In this document: one piece after another, positions 9,070 to 19,038 of the stretch
Layout: each line of letters begins with the position of its first letter
How positions within the stretch are numbered: position 1 is the first letter of the stretch
IMG/VR virus record: IMGVR_UViG_3300018962_000001
Span: 140,686 to 204,685 of that record
Direction: 5' to 3' (one strand)
DNA length: 64,000 bases
The notes under the pieces: model-generated
The model's database searches: none
Seen by the model: the letters and a program-made list of their open reading frames with translations, nothing else
Told to the model about the DNA's origin: nothing
Position numbers and translations under genes: made by a program

Positions 9070-12000
9070 TTAAATATATCCAGCGGCACGCAGATCGCGC
9101 AAAAAGCCTGCCCAGGCTTCTTCTTGCCGGGCATCAATCATCCGGGCAATTTGATCAAGGGTATAATTGACGCCCTCAATCTGGTAGGTCGGAGCATAGG
9201 TGATGGGCGGCAGGTTCAGCCGGGTCGCCACGGCAGCCAGCGCGGGCGCTGCTGTTTGTGCCCGGAATCGGTCAAAGGTCGCAGCGCCGCCACCAAGCGA
9301 ACGGTCGAGCAATCCATGCTCCAGCTCCTGTGTCAATGCGACTAATTGATCCTCCATCGCCGCCCGCAATCGCGCGAGTCGTTCGCGTAACCGATCGACG
9401 GGAACGACGACCTCCGGCCCAGCCTCGCCCAATAAGTAATTGGTACCAGTATGCGCCCCGATCCCGGTCACCGGCTCCCGAATGACGCCACCTGTGGCAT
9501 ACCCAACCCAGCCACCACCACGCATCACCGACTGGACCCCAGGCAGATCACGAATATGGCCGTACCGGCGTTTAATATAATTAATCGCGGCGATCAGGTT
9601 TTCAATGGGATCATAGATGTCTCCGGGATTGCCAAGATCCCGTCCGTTCGCATAGCCCAGATCTCCGGTATAGGCACGGGCGGATGCCCGTTTGTTGGCA
9701 TTAAAGGTTTGCGGAATCGTTTGAGCCAGGCCGCGCGATGGATACCCCGCGCGAAAATTCGAGTCCCATAGATTGATAGATCGGGGATTCCAGCCTGACT
9801 CATACTTGCCAAGAATGGACAGCCCCTGAAGCCAATCGCGGGTAACCGCAGCCCCTGCCAGTGCCTCGCTGATCCACGATCGCGCTGGCCCCGGTGTGCC
9901 CGGCCAGTACTCGCCACCCCGTGGGTCCGGCGTGTCTTGAGTCACGCCCCGCAGTTCGCGGAGGAAGGCCGCGAGTTCCAGCTTGGGATCAACCCAATTG
10001 CCCCGTTTGTCACTAATCTGATAGTGGAGGTGATCGACCATTTCCCCGTCGCGGTAGGGCGTATGCCCGACGTTGCCGATGTCATAGCCCCGCTCGATCT
10101 GCTGGCCCGCGCGGAAGTTGGCTGGATCAACGAGGTGGGCATAGTAGTGTTCGCGACCCGATTGCCCGCGAATTTGAATATAGTTTCCACCGAATCCGTT
10201 CCAGCCCTGATAGGAAACGACGCCGCTCTCCAGTGCTCGGATGATCGTCCCTTCATCGGCGAGAATGTCGATGCCCTCGTGTCTCCCGGTGGTATCAGGA
10301 CGCGCATCCCCCCACCACGATACGATCTCCCGGCTGCCGACCATAAACTCGGCAGCGTCATAGACATCGGTCCCGACCTGGGCATCCTCAAAGGCACGCA
10401 GTAAGCCTTCGACCAGCGCGAGTGCCCACTCTTTCACTTTGCCGAAGATCGCCGTGCCCACACCAGCAAAGGCATCACCAGCAAAGTCGAACGACTCGAA
10501 TCCCACGGCGCTCAGCCCACGATCCAGCACCCACCCCGCACCTTGACTGATCCAGTTAATGACATCGCCGATCGCGTCGCCAATGCCAAGTTCATAGGCC
10601 GGGTAGTTCCCCGGTAGCAACCCACGCCGCCGCAGGCGCGCGGTCTCCTGATGCGGGAGGACCGTTGAGCCGCGCGGCAACATAACGATTTCCGGTCCCT
10701 TTTCTCCCACAATGGCCGGGCCACCTGGATGGTACCCCCGCCGCGTGCCCCGCGCATATTGGGGAATGGTCGGAAGATTAAAGGTATCGGGAAGCGGCGC
10801 GGCAGCACCGAGCTTCTCGGCAATCCAATTGATCGCGTCGCGGAATTTGTTGACAAAGAACTCAAACCCTTTAATGGCAGCATTAAGTCCCGACGATCCA
10901 TCCGCCGGGCCGATGGCCGTGTTTGCCATCTTTTTCATAATGGTGCCGATCTCGTTAGCAGCTCCCACGAACGGGGCGAGAATGGCCTCCTTGATCTCGC
11001 TGATTCGGTCGCTCATCCCTTTCCAGGCGCGATAGCCTCCATTGAGCACGCCATTGCCCCGGTCATCCCAGGTGCCGACAAAATCACGCATCGCGGTTTT
11101 GCCACCCTCGACGAGATTCGCAAAGAGTCCCAGCACGCCAGGGCCACCAACGGTGTACGTTCCCACCAAATTGTTCCGAATAAGATTCGGAAGATTAACG
11201 ACCAGTTGTGCCACCTGGCCGATTAAGGAGTCGCCGCTGGTATCACTCAGCCCAATCCACTGCTTCACGGTGCGACTGGTATCGTTGATTAACCCCCAGA
11301 ATAGCCCAAGGACGCCGCCGCCGCCGGACGCATAGCGCCCGACCAACTCGCCGATGAGTCGGAAGAATCCATTCGCGAGGCGTTGGATCGTGCCTAACAT
11401 CGATCCGGCAGCAGAATCCGATCCGACCCAGGCAATCAGCGCATCGAGGCCTTCATTGACAAGCCAATACAGCCAGCCCAGTACCCCGTTCTGCCCGGAC
11501 GCATACGTGCCAACCATCCATCTGATCGCAGCGAGATAGTCATCCGCAAGCGTGCGGATCAGACCGAGCATCCCCCCCTGTTGGTAGGCTCCGATCCATC
11601 GCTCAATATTTGTTAGCGCGGTATCCACCAGCGTTGCCAGGAGTCCAAGCAGACCGCCGCCGCCGGGAGTCCACGTGCCGACCATCCAACGGATGGTCTG
11701 AAGCATGGCATCCGCGAGACCCTGGATTTTCGCAAGCCCCCAGTCCCATAAGTTCTGGAACCACCGCACGATCCCGTTGACCATATCGGGAATAATCGAG
11801 TGCCCAACCAGATCCACCCACAGCTGGTAAAAGGCGTTTTTCACCCCTTCCCACAAGCCAACTGCCAGGCCGATCACCGTGGTCACTGCCCCGGTGAAGA
11901 TCGATACTACACTGTCAATAATCCCCTGGACAAAATCGCCAACCGCTTGCCAAAGCGGCTGCCAATCGCCGGTATAGAATCCGTAGATGATTCCCGCAAC

Positions 12001-15000
12001 AATCCGCACCACCCCGGTGATCACCGTCGCGATTAGTTGAATCACGCCAAGGAAGACCTCAATGATTCCGCCAAGCCCGACGATCACGCCCGGCAGCACC
12101 CCGGACAGCAGATTGATGATGAATCCCAGGACATAGAGAAACGTCGTTCCCAGAATCGTGCCCACCGTCACCAATACCGCAGCGATACCTCCTAAGATGG
12201 GCATGAGCGACCGCAGGGTATTGAAAAAGATGGTGACCAGAGGACTCAGCACCTGGAACGCGGTTTGGAGATTCGCCCAGAGGCGTCCGAACGCTAACCC
12301 AACCGCTCCCACGGCACGTTGAAAATCATGAAAGAGCGGTTGCAGGAAGGCGATGAATCGACTCCAGGTCGGCGTGACCGTGGTGTTCCAGTACTGAACA
12401 AACTCGGCGACGCGCCCCTGAATATTGCCCCAGTTCTTCAGCCACGCCACCGTTAACAGCCCGATCACCAGCGCGATCGCGCCAATCGCGAGGGTGACGG
12501 GGTTGATCGCGACCGCTAAGGCTGAGAAGATGGCTGGCCCGGTGCGGAATAGCCCCAGGAGGTTGCTGACAGGATTGGTCAGCATGGTGAGCGGGTTCAA
12601 TGCCCGCCAGATTGCGCTGAACACCGGTCCCAGCCGTGATCCCACGGCTGCCAGGACCGGGAAGCGCGTGCCGAGGGCCGTAAATAGGCCCGTAACCGTG
12701 TTGACAGGGTGGATTAACAGTTGGAATGGATTCAGGATTCCGCGCAGCGCAGGGGCTAGGGGACCAAGGTAGGTTGTCACCCCTTGGATTCCAAGATGAA
12801 TCGCACCGCCAACGCGGAAGACGGCAAAGGCCGTCCCAATCCCCGCGACGACACTGAGAATCGTCCCGCCATTGGTTTGCAAGAAGGCAAAGAAGGGCTG
12901 GATTTCGGCCCGCACCCCTTGCATCGTCGCCCGCAGATTGGCAAACTCATCGGGGAGTTGACCGAGTCCGCCGAACTCGGATTCCCAATCCACCCGTGCT
13001 TCGCCCCCCGCAGGCATCGGAGGCAGCGGGATGTCGGGAGCCGTCATGCCAAAGAGGGCAGTGACAAATTGGACAACCGCATTGCGGGCTAAGTCGATTC
13101 GCTCCTTAGCCGTATCAATCGTGGTGCTGAATGATTGCCATGCTTGTTGGCCTTGGGCCAGGCCAGTCGTGATATTGTCGGTGAGCTGCGTGATCGCCTG
13201 GGTCGCGTCACCAAAGGTCGATTGTTGTCCACGAGCCGCTTGATCGGCTGCTTTTTGCGCCTTTTCCTGAATGTTCAGGATCATCTGCTCAATTTCTGAG
13301 TACTCTTGTGATCCCTCGGCATAGCGACTGCGAAGGCCCATCAACAGCTCAAGGGCTTCGTTATATCGTCCTTGATCCGTCAGGAGGCGCGCTTGGGCCT
13401 TGATCTGCCGCTCATAGGCGTTTTCTGCCTTGATCCCCGAACTTGCGATCGAACGATCCCGCTGGGCTTGCAGACGCTCAATCTGCGCCTCGATGTTGAG
13501 CCACTCTTTCGATCCCTCGGCAAAGTGCGACTGTCGCTCCCGCAGCTTCGCAATCGCTCCATCATAATCGCCGGTTGCCTTTTCCAGATTGGCTTGCGCG
13601 GCGATCTGTTGATCCATCGCCTTCGCAGCCTTGCCGGTTGCCTCCTCCTGCAACCGTGCCCGGCGTTCTTCGAGCACCTGGATCTGGCGCAGCGTGTCAA
13701 AGTACTCCTTGCTCCCCGGCTCCAAGCCCGCCAACTTTTCGCGCAAGATGGCGATCTGCCCGTTGGTGTCCTCCAGTTCCAGGTTGTATTTTTCCTGGGC
13801 GGTTCCCACCTTGGCAGCATCGCGGGCGGCGTCCTCCGCTTGCTGGCGTTGGAGATTGGCGATCTGCTCCATGATGCGGTAGCGCTCTGCCGGATCAGTG
13901 GTTCGTTCAAGCTCCTCGTTAAGCAACGCGATTTTGCCGGGCGTATCCGCAATGGCGAGCTGGTAGTCGAGGAGGGCTTTTCGCTGCCGTTCCTGTTCTT
14001 CCGTCGCTTCACGCCGGGCTTGATTGAGTTCTCGCTCCGCTTCCAGATATTCCAGTGTGCCGGGGGTCAATTCACTTAAGCGTTGCTCTAGGATCGCGGT
14101 CTTTTCCGCCGCCGTCGCCGTTTCGAGGGCATTGCGGCGCTGCGCCTCGGCCAAGGCTTCCGCTTCTTTGCGCGACTTTTCTTCAGCCGCCGCCTGAAGC
14201 TGCGCCAACTGGGTCCGCAGCCGGTATCCTTCTTCAGACTCTTCGCCAACCGCCGCGATCCGGTCGCGCAACATTTGCTGGCGTGTTGCATCATCGGCAA
14301 TCGCGTATTGATAATCCCACTGTGCGTCCGCTAAGCGCTTGAGCCGATCTTCTTCCTTTTTGGTCCCACTTTCGCGTTCATCGGCCAGGCGATGCTCCAG
14401 GTCATAGATCTGCGCGAGAATCTTGTAGTATTCTTCACTTCCATGCTCAACATTCGCAAGTTCACCGCGCAGGATCGCCAGTTTCCCGGCAGTATCGGCA
14501 ATATGGAAGTTGTAGTCGCGCTGGGCTTTCGCGCGGCGGTTGGCTTCCAAGACCGCCTCGCGTTCCCCCGGCGTCATGCCCGGCAGCAGCCCAAGTTTGC
14601 GATCTTCATTGATCTGGCGTTGAATTTGCAGCACCTGCTCCATGAAGCGGAGTTCCCGCTCTTGGAGGCGGTCGGCGGCGGCAAATCCGGCCAAACGGTC
14701 GGCGACCACCTGCTGCTGCTGTTTCAAAATCTCAAGCTGCTGCTGGAGTTGGGTCTTTTGATCGTCTTGGGCCTGTTCCTGGGCCTCCAACATCGCCAGC
14801 TGATCGCGCGCGGCACGTTGTTGCGTAAAGGTGCGTGCGTTGCGCAGGGCACGTTCTGCCGAGCGTGTTGCTTCTTGGAGACGGCGGCGGGCGGCGGGAT
14901 CATCCAAGGCCCGCAGCTTCGCTTGCACCTCATCGATCTGTTGGGTAAGAACGGCCTGATTCAACCGCTCTTGAATACGTAGGAAGATGTCGCGGTTTTG

Positions 15001-16713
15001 TTCGCCGAGGCGCGACTCGATCTGCATCAATGATTCGGCACTGATCCTCCCCGTTTGATTGATGGAGTCGATCGCCTGCGCGACCAGTTGCGTGATCCCC
15101 GGATCTCCATTGGTGCCCACGGAGATGCGAATCGCTTCCTCAGCACTAATTTTGCCCGCCGTAACCAGCGCCGTCAGCCGATCTTGAACCTCCTCGGCGA
15201 TCGTCGTCAGTGCGCCAAAGTCCGAATCGTCCCACTCAAGATAGGCCCGGAGGACCGGACTAAACCACGTGTCAATGGTCGAGAGCGGCCCTTCTCGCGG
15301 CGGCGAGAAACCACGCAAGAACGCTTCGATCCGGCTAGTGATTGCCAGGATTGCCATCTCGACGTAGCTACTGGCTCCTGCTAACATGCCATCGGCGAAG
15401 GCTGCAATGCTGTTCACACCGCCAAGGAACAGTTCACGCGACAGGTTCTGAATCAGGCGAAGAATGAGTCCACTTAATCCCAGCAGGAGATTCGTAATCT
15501 GGGTGGCAGCCGTGCCGAAATCGCCGCTAAACAGGGAGATCAAGGCTCCCCGGAGCGGCGCGAGCGCGGCCAGCACCTGCGCTGCAAACTGGCCGTATCC
15601 TCCCACGACCCGATCCACAAAGGCCAGCGCTGGGGCGGTTGCCTGGCTGAATCCGGTTGCCATTGCCTGAACCGTGCTGATAGCGAGGCGCATGCCTGCG
15701 GCAATGCCCTGCCCCAGCGTGGCGGCGGCGGCGAATAACGCCGGGTCTTTCAGTAAATTTTCGAGGCCAACCAACTGCTCTTTGATGACATCAAAGATTG
15801 GTGCTCCGAACACGCTGCGCAGCATGAACCAGCGGTCAGAAATATTCGACAGAATACCGTCCATCGATCGGGCGGCAAGTTGGGCGGCACCGCCGAACTT
15901 CTCGGCAAGAATCTCGTTGAGGGCGGTGAGCGCCTGATCCGCCGTGCCGAGATACGTTCCCTGCGCATCGAACTTGAGTCCCTTCATCTCAAGATCGGAG
16001 CGAGTCGCAATCGCAAGCTCTCGGAGGCGGCGGAAGGCATCGCCGAAGTCACCCGTTCCAACACGAGCAATCGCGAAGGTGACTTGTTCCAATTGGCTGC
16101 TTAAATCACGGATCGCCGGACGAGTGACGACCGCTGCGTTGGCGACGTTGAGGAGAAATTCTTGCGTGCGCGCGCCAGCAACCTGGAGTTGCCGATCCGC
16201 TTCCACCAGCGCGGGCAGATCAAACGGGGTTTGCACATTAATCGCCTGCAATTCGGCAAGGCGACTTCGGGCGCGCGCGAGCATCTGCGCTGTCGTATCG
16301 CCTTCCTGTCGCAGCAGGGTCATGTAGGAGATGATGCTGTTTTCGAGTTGCTGGTTGGGACCAACCAGCCCGGAGAGTGCTGCCGAGGCAATCCGGCCTA
16401 ACTCACGGAATCCAAAGGTCAACGCGCCCACGCGCGTGATCAGGCCGACCATCCCCCCGCCTAAGACGTTGATCGACGATGACAATCCTGACGAGGTTTG
16501 CTGGGCACGGACGAACGTGTCGCGAAGCACGGAAGCCAGGGTTCGGGCTGACGCGGTAAGTGAACTCATGGATCGCGTGCTCGTCTGCGTGTTGACGTTA
16601 AACCCCTGGAGCTGTGATCCAAGCGCTTGAAGATTTGACCCGATGGCGCGGAGGGCGTTCAGCGCCGACTGGGCATTGCCCGTAAAATTTAAGAGAACCT
16701 GAATTTGATTCAC
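9070..16713 (-). CDS. Tail tape measure protein (2547 aa) with C-terminal M23 peptidase and SLT lytic-transglycosylase domains
   Basis: Start re-assigned to GTG 16713 (AAGGAGG RBS). N-terminal tape-measure domain, long helical repeats, HEGID...YAHL...HLHY (M23), ESGWNP..INLWDSN..G.PS.GL.Q (SLT). Confidence 0.9.
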   Translation of the reverse strand: MNQIQVLLNFTGNAQSALNALRAIGSNLQALGSQLQGFNVNTQTSTRSMSSLTASARTLASVLRDTFVRAQQTSSGLSSSINVLGGGMVGLITRVGALTFGFRELGRIASAALSGLVGPNQQLENSIISYMTLLRQEGDTTAQMLARARSRLAELQAINVQTPFDLPALVEADRQLQVAGARTQEFLLNVANAAVVTRPAIRDLSSQLEQVTFAIARVGTGDFGDAFRRLRELAIATRSDLEMKGLKFDAQGTYLGTADQALTALNEILAEKFGGAAQLAARSMDGILSNISDRWFMLRSVFGAPIFDVIKEQLVGLENLLKDPALFAAAATLGQGIAAGMRLAISTVQAMATGFSQATAPALAFVDRVVGGYGQFAAQVLAALAPLRGALISLFSGDFGTAATQITNLLLGLSGLILRLIQNLSRELFLGGVNSIAAFADGMLAGASSYVEMAILAITSRIEAFLRGFSPPREGPLSTIDTWFSPVLRAYLEWDDSDFGALTTIAEEVQDRLTALVTAGKISAEEAIRISVGTNGDPGITQLVAQAIDSINQTGRISAESLMQIESRLGEQNRDIFLRIQERLNQAVLTQQIDEVQAKLRALDDPAARRRLQEATRSAERALRNARTFTQQRAARDQLAMLEAQEQAQDDQKTQLQQQLEILKQQQQVVADRLAGFAAADRLQERELRFMEQVLQIQRQINEDRKLGLLPGMTPGEREAVLEANRRAKAQRDYNFHIADTAGKLAILRGELANVEHGSEEYYKILAQIYDLEHRLADERESGTKKEEDRLKRLADAQWDYQYAIADDATRQQMLRDRIAAVGEESEEGYRLRTQLAQLQAAAEEKSRKEAEALAEAQRRNALETATAAEKTAILEQRLSELTPGTLEYLEAERELNQARREATEEQERQRKALLDYQLAIADTPGKIALLNEELERTTDPAERYRIMEQIANLQRQQAEDAARDAAKVGTAQEKYNLELEDTNGQIAILREKLAGLEPGSKEYFDTLRQIQVLEERRARLQEEATGKAAKAMDQQIAAQANLEKATGDYDGAIAKLRERQSHFAEGSKEWLNIEAQIERLQAQRDRSIASSGIKAENAYERQIKAQARLLTDQGRYNEALELLMGLRSRYAEGSQEYSEIEQMILNIQEKAQKAADQAARGQQSTFGDATQAITQLTDNITTGLAQGQQAWQSFSTTIDTAKERIDLARNAVVQFVTALFGMTAPDIPLPPMPAGGEARVDWESEFGGLGQLPDEFANLRATMQGVRAEIQPFFAFLQTNGGTILSVVAGIGTAFAVFRVGGAIHLGIQGVTTYLGPLAPALRGILNPFQLLIHPVNTVTGLFTALGTRFPVLAAVGSRLGPVFSAIWRALNPLTMLTNPVSNLLGLFRTGPAIFSALAVAINPVTLAIGAIALVIGLLTVAWLKNWGNIQGRVAEFVQYWNTTVTPTWSRFIAFLQPLFHDFQRAVGAVGLAFGRLWANLQTAFQVLSPLVTIFFNTLRSLMPILGGIAAVLVTVGTILGTTFLYVLGFIINLLSGVLPGVIVGLGGIIEVFLGVIQLIATVITGVVRIVAGIIYGFYTGDWQPLWQAVGDFVQGIIDSVVSIFTGAVTTVIGLAVGLWEGVKNAFYQLWVDLVGHSIIPDMVNGIVRWFQNLWDWGLAKIQGLADAMLQTIRWMVGTWTPGGGGLLGLLATLVDTALTNIERWIGAYQQGGMLGLIRTLADDYLAAIRWMVGTYASGQNGVLGWLYWLVNEGLDALIAWVGSDSAAGSMLGTIQRLANGFFRLIGELVGRYASGGGGVLGLFWGLINDTSRTVKQWIGLSDTSGDSLIGQVAQLVVNLPNLIRNNLVGTYTVGGPGVLGLFANLVEGGKTAMRDFVGTWDDRGNGVLNGGYRAWKGMSDRISEIKEAILAPFVGAANEIGTIMKKMANTAIGPADGSSGLNAAIKGFEFFVNKFRDAINWIAEKLGAAAPLPDTFNLPTIPQYARGTRRGYHPGGPAIVGEKGPEIVMLPRGSTVLPHQETARLRRRGLLPGNYPAYELGIGDAIGDVINWISQGAGWVLDRGLSAVGFESFDFAGDAFAGVGTAIFGKVKEWALALVEGLLRAFEDAQVGTDVYDAAEFMVGSREIVSWWGDARPDTTGRHEGIDILADEGTIIRALESGVVSYQGWNGFGGNYIQIRGQSGREHYYAHLVDPANFRAGQQIERGYDIGNVGHTPYRDGEMVDHLHYQISDKRGNWVDPKLELAAFLRELRGVTQDTPDPRGGEYWPGTPGPARSWISEALAGAAVTRDWLQGLSILGKYESGWNPRSINLWDSNFRAGYPSRGLAQTIPQTFNANKRASARAYTGDLGYANGRDLGNPGDIYDPIENLIAAINYIKRRYGHIRDLPGVQSVMRGGGWVGYATGGVIREPVTGIGAHTGTNYLLGEAGPEVVVPVDRLRERLARLRAAMEDQLVALTQELEHGLLDRSLGGGAATFDRFRAQTAAPALAAVATRLNLPPITYAPTYQIEGVNYTLDQIARMIDARQEEAWAGFLRDLRAAGYI

Positions 16714-16725
16714 GGTTGTCCCTCC

Positions 16726-16754
16726 TTGCCGAAGGGACGAACGTGATCTACAGT
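16726..16754 (+). promoter_or_regulatory. Putative SigA promoter for the isolated pentamer tract
   Basis: TTGCCG-N17-TACAGT; lies immediately next to the tape measure RBS on the opposite strand. Confidence 0.5.
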
Positions 16755-16765
16755 GCGGTGAACGC

Positions 16766-16845
16766 GGCCTGGATCGGCCTGAGACGGCATCGACGGGCAA
16801 GGCACGGTTGGGCTATCCGTGGCTAGGTATGGTTGGGCGTGGCGC
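16766..16845 (+). ncRNA. Isolated GGY-NN pentamer tract (16 phased units); candidate stand-alone guide RNA
   Basis: GGCCT GGATC GGCCT GAGAC GGCAT CGACG GGCAA GGCAC GGTTG GGCTA TCCGT GGCTA GGTAT GGTTG GGCGT GGCGC, between a promoter-like element and a terminator. Confidence 0.7.
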
Positions 16846-16880
16846 AGCACCTCACATGTGTGAGGTGCTGTTTGATTCTT
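16845..16880 (+). terminator. Intrinsic terminator
   Basis: 11 bp perfect stem CAGCACCTCAC-ATGT-GTGAGGTGCTG followed by TTTGATTCTT. Confidence 0.8.
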
Positions 16881-17029
16881 GGGATGCCAACGGTGCCCCA
16901 TCCGAGCCTCGCACGATACGGATCATGTGTCGGATGGGCGAGCACGGGGGAATGGTGGCCCATATAGGAGAAGTCGGGGCAGATGCGCGGACTTCTGCCC
17001 CGTAGTATAGCAAAGACCAGCGGCGTCGT

Positions 17030-17221
17030 CTAGGATGGGTCGGTGGGGGACTCCCACGGGAAGGGAATCCCATTGGCGAGAAAATACTTCCGCCAAAACT
17101 CGGTGTCGAAGGGATGGCGATCCGGCGGCGGCGGCGTGAGATGGCGCGTCTTAATGGCTGCCGCGATTGCCACCAGCGAACGGTAGATCACGGCCCAGAA
17201 CAAGCGATCGGCGTTCTTCAT
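17030..17221 (-). CDS. Hypothetical protein, 63 aa (MKNADRLFWAV...)
   Basis: AAAGGAGG RBS before ATG 17221. Confidence 0.65.
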   Translation of the reverse strand: MKNADRLFWAVIYRSLVAIAAAIKTRHLTPPPPDRHPFDTEFWRKYFLANGIPFPWESPTDPS

Positions 17222-17231
17222 TGTTCCTCCT

Positions 17232-18239
17232 TTAAGGAGCAGTGCGCTCCGCTGCTTCGATGGTGTGAATCCCGGTGAGAAGTTGATAATACGCCAAGCT
17301 TCCAGGCTGAAATAAGAGCAGATAGCCTTGGAGCAACTCTTTCCGCGTGGCACGCGCGGGTTCTAAGGTGATGCGTGCTCGAATCAGCGCCATCCGTTCG
17401 TCATCCGTCAACTGCGGATCGGCCAGCCGATCTTCAAGCAGCAGGATCTTCTGGACGCGCGCAGCGGCAGCGAGGGCCATTGTGGTCGGCGAGATGATCG
17501 AGTCGGAGTCGTCCTCCGGTGGCGTATAAGGCCGGGGGGCAGCTAATCGGGTGGTTGGCCCCGTCGCCGGACGCAGACGTTGATAAATCTCGACCCACGA
17601 CAGGCCCAACCGCCGGAGTGCGAGGATTTCCGCACGCCGGTTCGGCAGATTCTGATAGGCCACCGACTGACGCAGATCCTCCCAGAGCGGCTGAATCTCG
17701 CTGAACCACTGCTGACGGCGGAGAACATCCTGTGGCCCCGGATCAAGCACTCGCACCTCCTCCGGCCAGAAAGCAATCGCCTGATCGATCTGGAGATTAA
17801 TGAGTCCCAGTGGCACGCCCGCAGCATCGCACTCAACACCATCTTGATCGATCCACGGCTTGTGCGGTGATCGCCGGATGAGATGGGGTTTCGTTCCCTG
17901 GATGACCGGGAAGATCGCCGGATCGAGTGGGGGGACAAAGGCCGCATGCGACGTGGGATCATCCACGCGGGCCAGATCTGGGATCGTGTGCCCACACCCG
18001 GAACAAAACTTCGCACCGGGTTCGATTCCACGATACCCACAGCGGGTACACTGATTTGCTGCGCGCGCGCGCTGTAGGCACTGATTTGCGAGCAATGTCC
18101 GGGACCGAAACTCTGCCAGATCAGATCGATAGAGCAGGGTGGTCCGGTAGGCTGCATACAAGGTCGCCATCAGGACTCCTACCTGAACTCCCTCACTCGA
18201 AAGATGGAATAGGAGATCCACGAACCAATCATTCATCAC
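17232..18239 (-). CDS. 335 aa protein with N-terminal hydrophobic segment, double zinc ribbon and a possible HTH
   Basis: CTRC...CSGC; RRAEILALRRLGLSWVEIYQRL; overlaps the HTH gene stop. Confidence 0.7.
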   Translation of the reverse strand: MMNDWFVDLLFHLSSEGVQVGVLMATLYAAYRTTLLYRSDLAEFRSRTLLANQCLQRARAANQCTRCGYRGIEPGAKFCSGCGHTIPDLARVDDPTSHAAFVPPLDPAIFPVIQGTKPHLIRRSPHKPWIDQDGVECDAAGVPLGLINLQIDQAIAFWPEEVRVLDPGPQDVLRRQQWFSEIQPLWEDLRQSVAYQNLPNRRAEILALRRLGLSWVEIYQRLRPATGPTTRLAAPRPYTPPEDDSDSIISPTTMALAAAARVQKILLLEDRLADPQLTDDERMALIRARITLEPARATRKELLQGYLLLFQPGSLAYYQLLTGIHTIEAAERTAP

Positions 18240-18451
18240 TCCTCCCGTTCCTCCGGCGGCGGCGGCGCGAACAATGCCAGCAACGGCACACCGAGCGCGG
18301 CAGCCATTTTGTCAAGCGATCCGATCGTTAACGTCTCGACGTGGCGATTATGCCAGGCTTTGCGAACCGTCCCCACCCCCAGATCGGCCCGTCGTGCCAG
18401 CTTCGAGATATTTAACGCCTGGGCGGTGGCGATAACAGCTACTTGAAACAT
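18236..18451 (-). CDS. Cro/C1-type (XRE) HTH regulator, 71 aa
   Basis: ISKLARRADLGVGTVRKAW...LDKMAAALGV pattern; AAGGAGG RBS; divergent from the RAMP locus. Confidence 0.85.
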   Translation of the reverse strand: MFQVAVIATAQALNISKLARRADLGVGTVRKAWHNRHVETLTIGSLDKMAAALGVPLLALFAPPPPEEREE

Positions 18452-18491
18452 TCGATCCTCCTTCCTCGTGTGGAGCGCGCATCATTGTGCA

Positions 18492-18580
18492 TTGACAGAC
18501 CGCATATCTATGTTATACTGTCATTATAATGTATAGTATATAGAGTATAGCATACAAAACCTATGCTACATTATACTCCC
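18492..18580 (+). promoter_or_regulatory. SigA promoter and inverted-repeat operator region upstream of the pentamer array
   Basis: TTGACA-N16-TATACT with extended TG; AT-rich island with TATAATGTA/TACATTATA and TAGCATA/TATGCTA inverted repeats. Confidence 0.7.
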
Positions 18581-18624
18581 ACTCCCGGCAGAATGCTAGA
18601 CATTCGACAGATGAATTCGGACAT

Positions 18625-19025
18625 GGTTGGGTGTGGATTGGCTAGGCTAGGAGAGGCACGGTGAGGTCTGGCACGGATGACTCTGCACTGAGTCCAATCC
18701 CTTCGGGGTATCTGGGTATGGCATGGGAACGGTTGGGTCCGGTAAGGATCGGCTGGGAGCGGCAAGGTGTGGCAAGGTCGGGCTGGGCCGGGCAACGCAG
18801 GGCACGGATGGCGGTGTATTCCGCCACCATTCCCCACCAGGGGAATACGAGGATGGCTGGGCGCGGGCATGGCGAGGCGTGGCAAGTCGAGGCTGGGCCG
18901 CGCTAGGTGCGGCAAGGCACGGATGATCGTGGATTCGATCACCATCCCTCACACGAGGGTTATTTGGCTCGGATCGGTCAGGATTGGCTAGGTCAGGTGG
19001 GGCTGGGTGAGGCTTGGTTTGGTAC
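18625..19025 (+). ncRNA. Upstream array of four GGY-NN pentamer tracts separated by double hairpins (candidate guide-RNA array)
   Basis: Tracts at 18625-18679, 18715-18810, 18855-18925 and 18966-19025; the first three end GGCAC-GGATG plus a stem-loop. Confidence 0.85.
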
Positions 19026-19038
19026 AAGGAGCAGTATG

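Noticed and set aside
16073-16086. Possible gapped self-target of the tract at 20491 (CG.GA.GG.GA)
   Set aside because: Match stops after four dinucleotides, which is expected by chance in 64 kb.
16714-16800. ORF-track N-terminal extension of the tape measure protein
   Set aside because: Overlaps the pentamer tract on the other strand; the strong RBS lies at GTG 16713.
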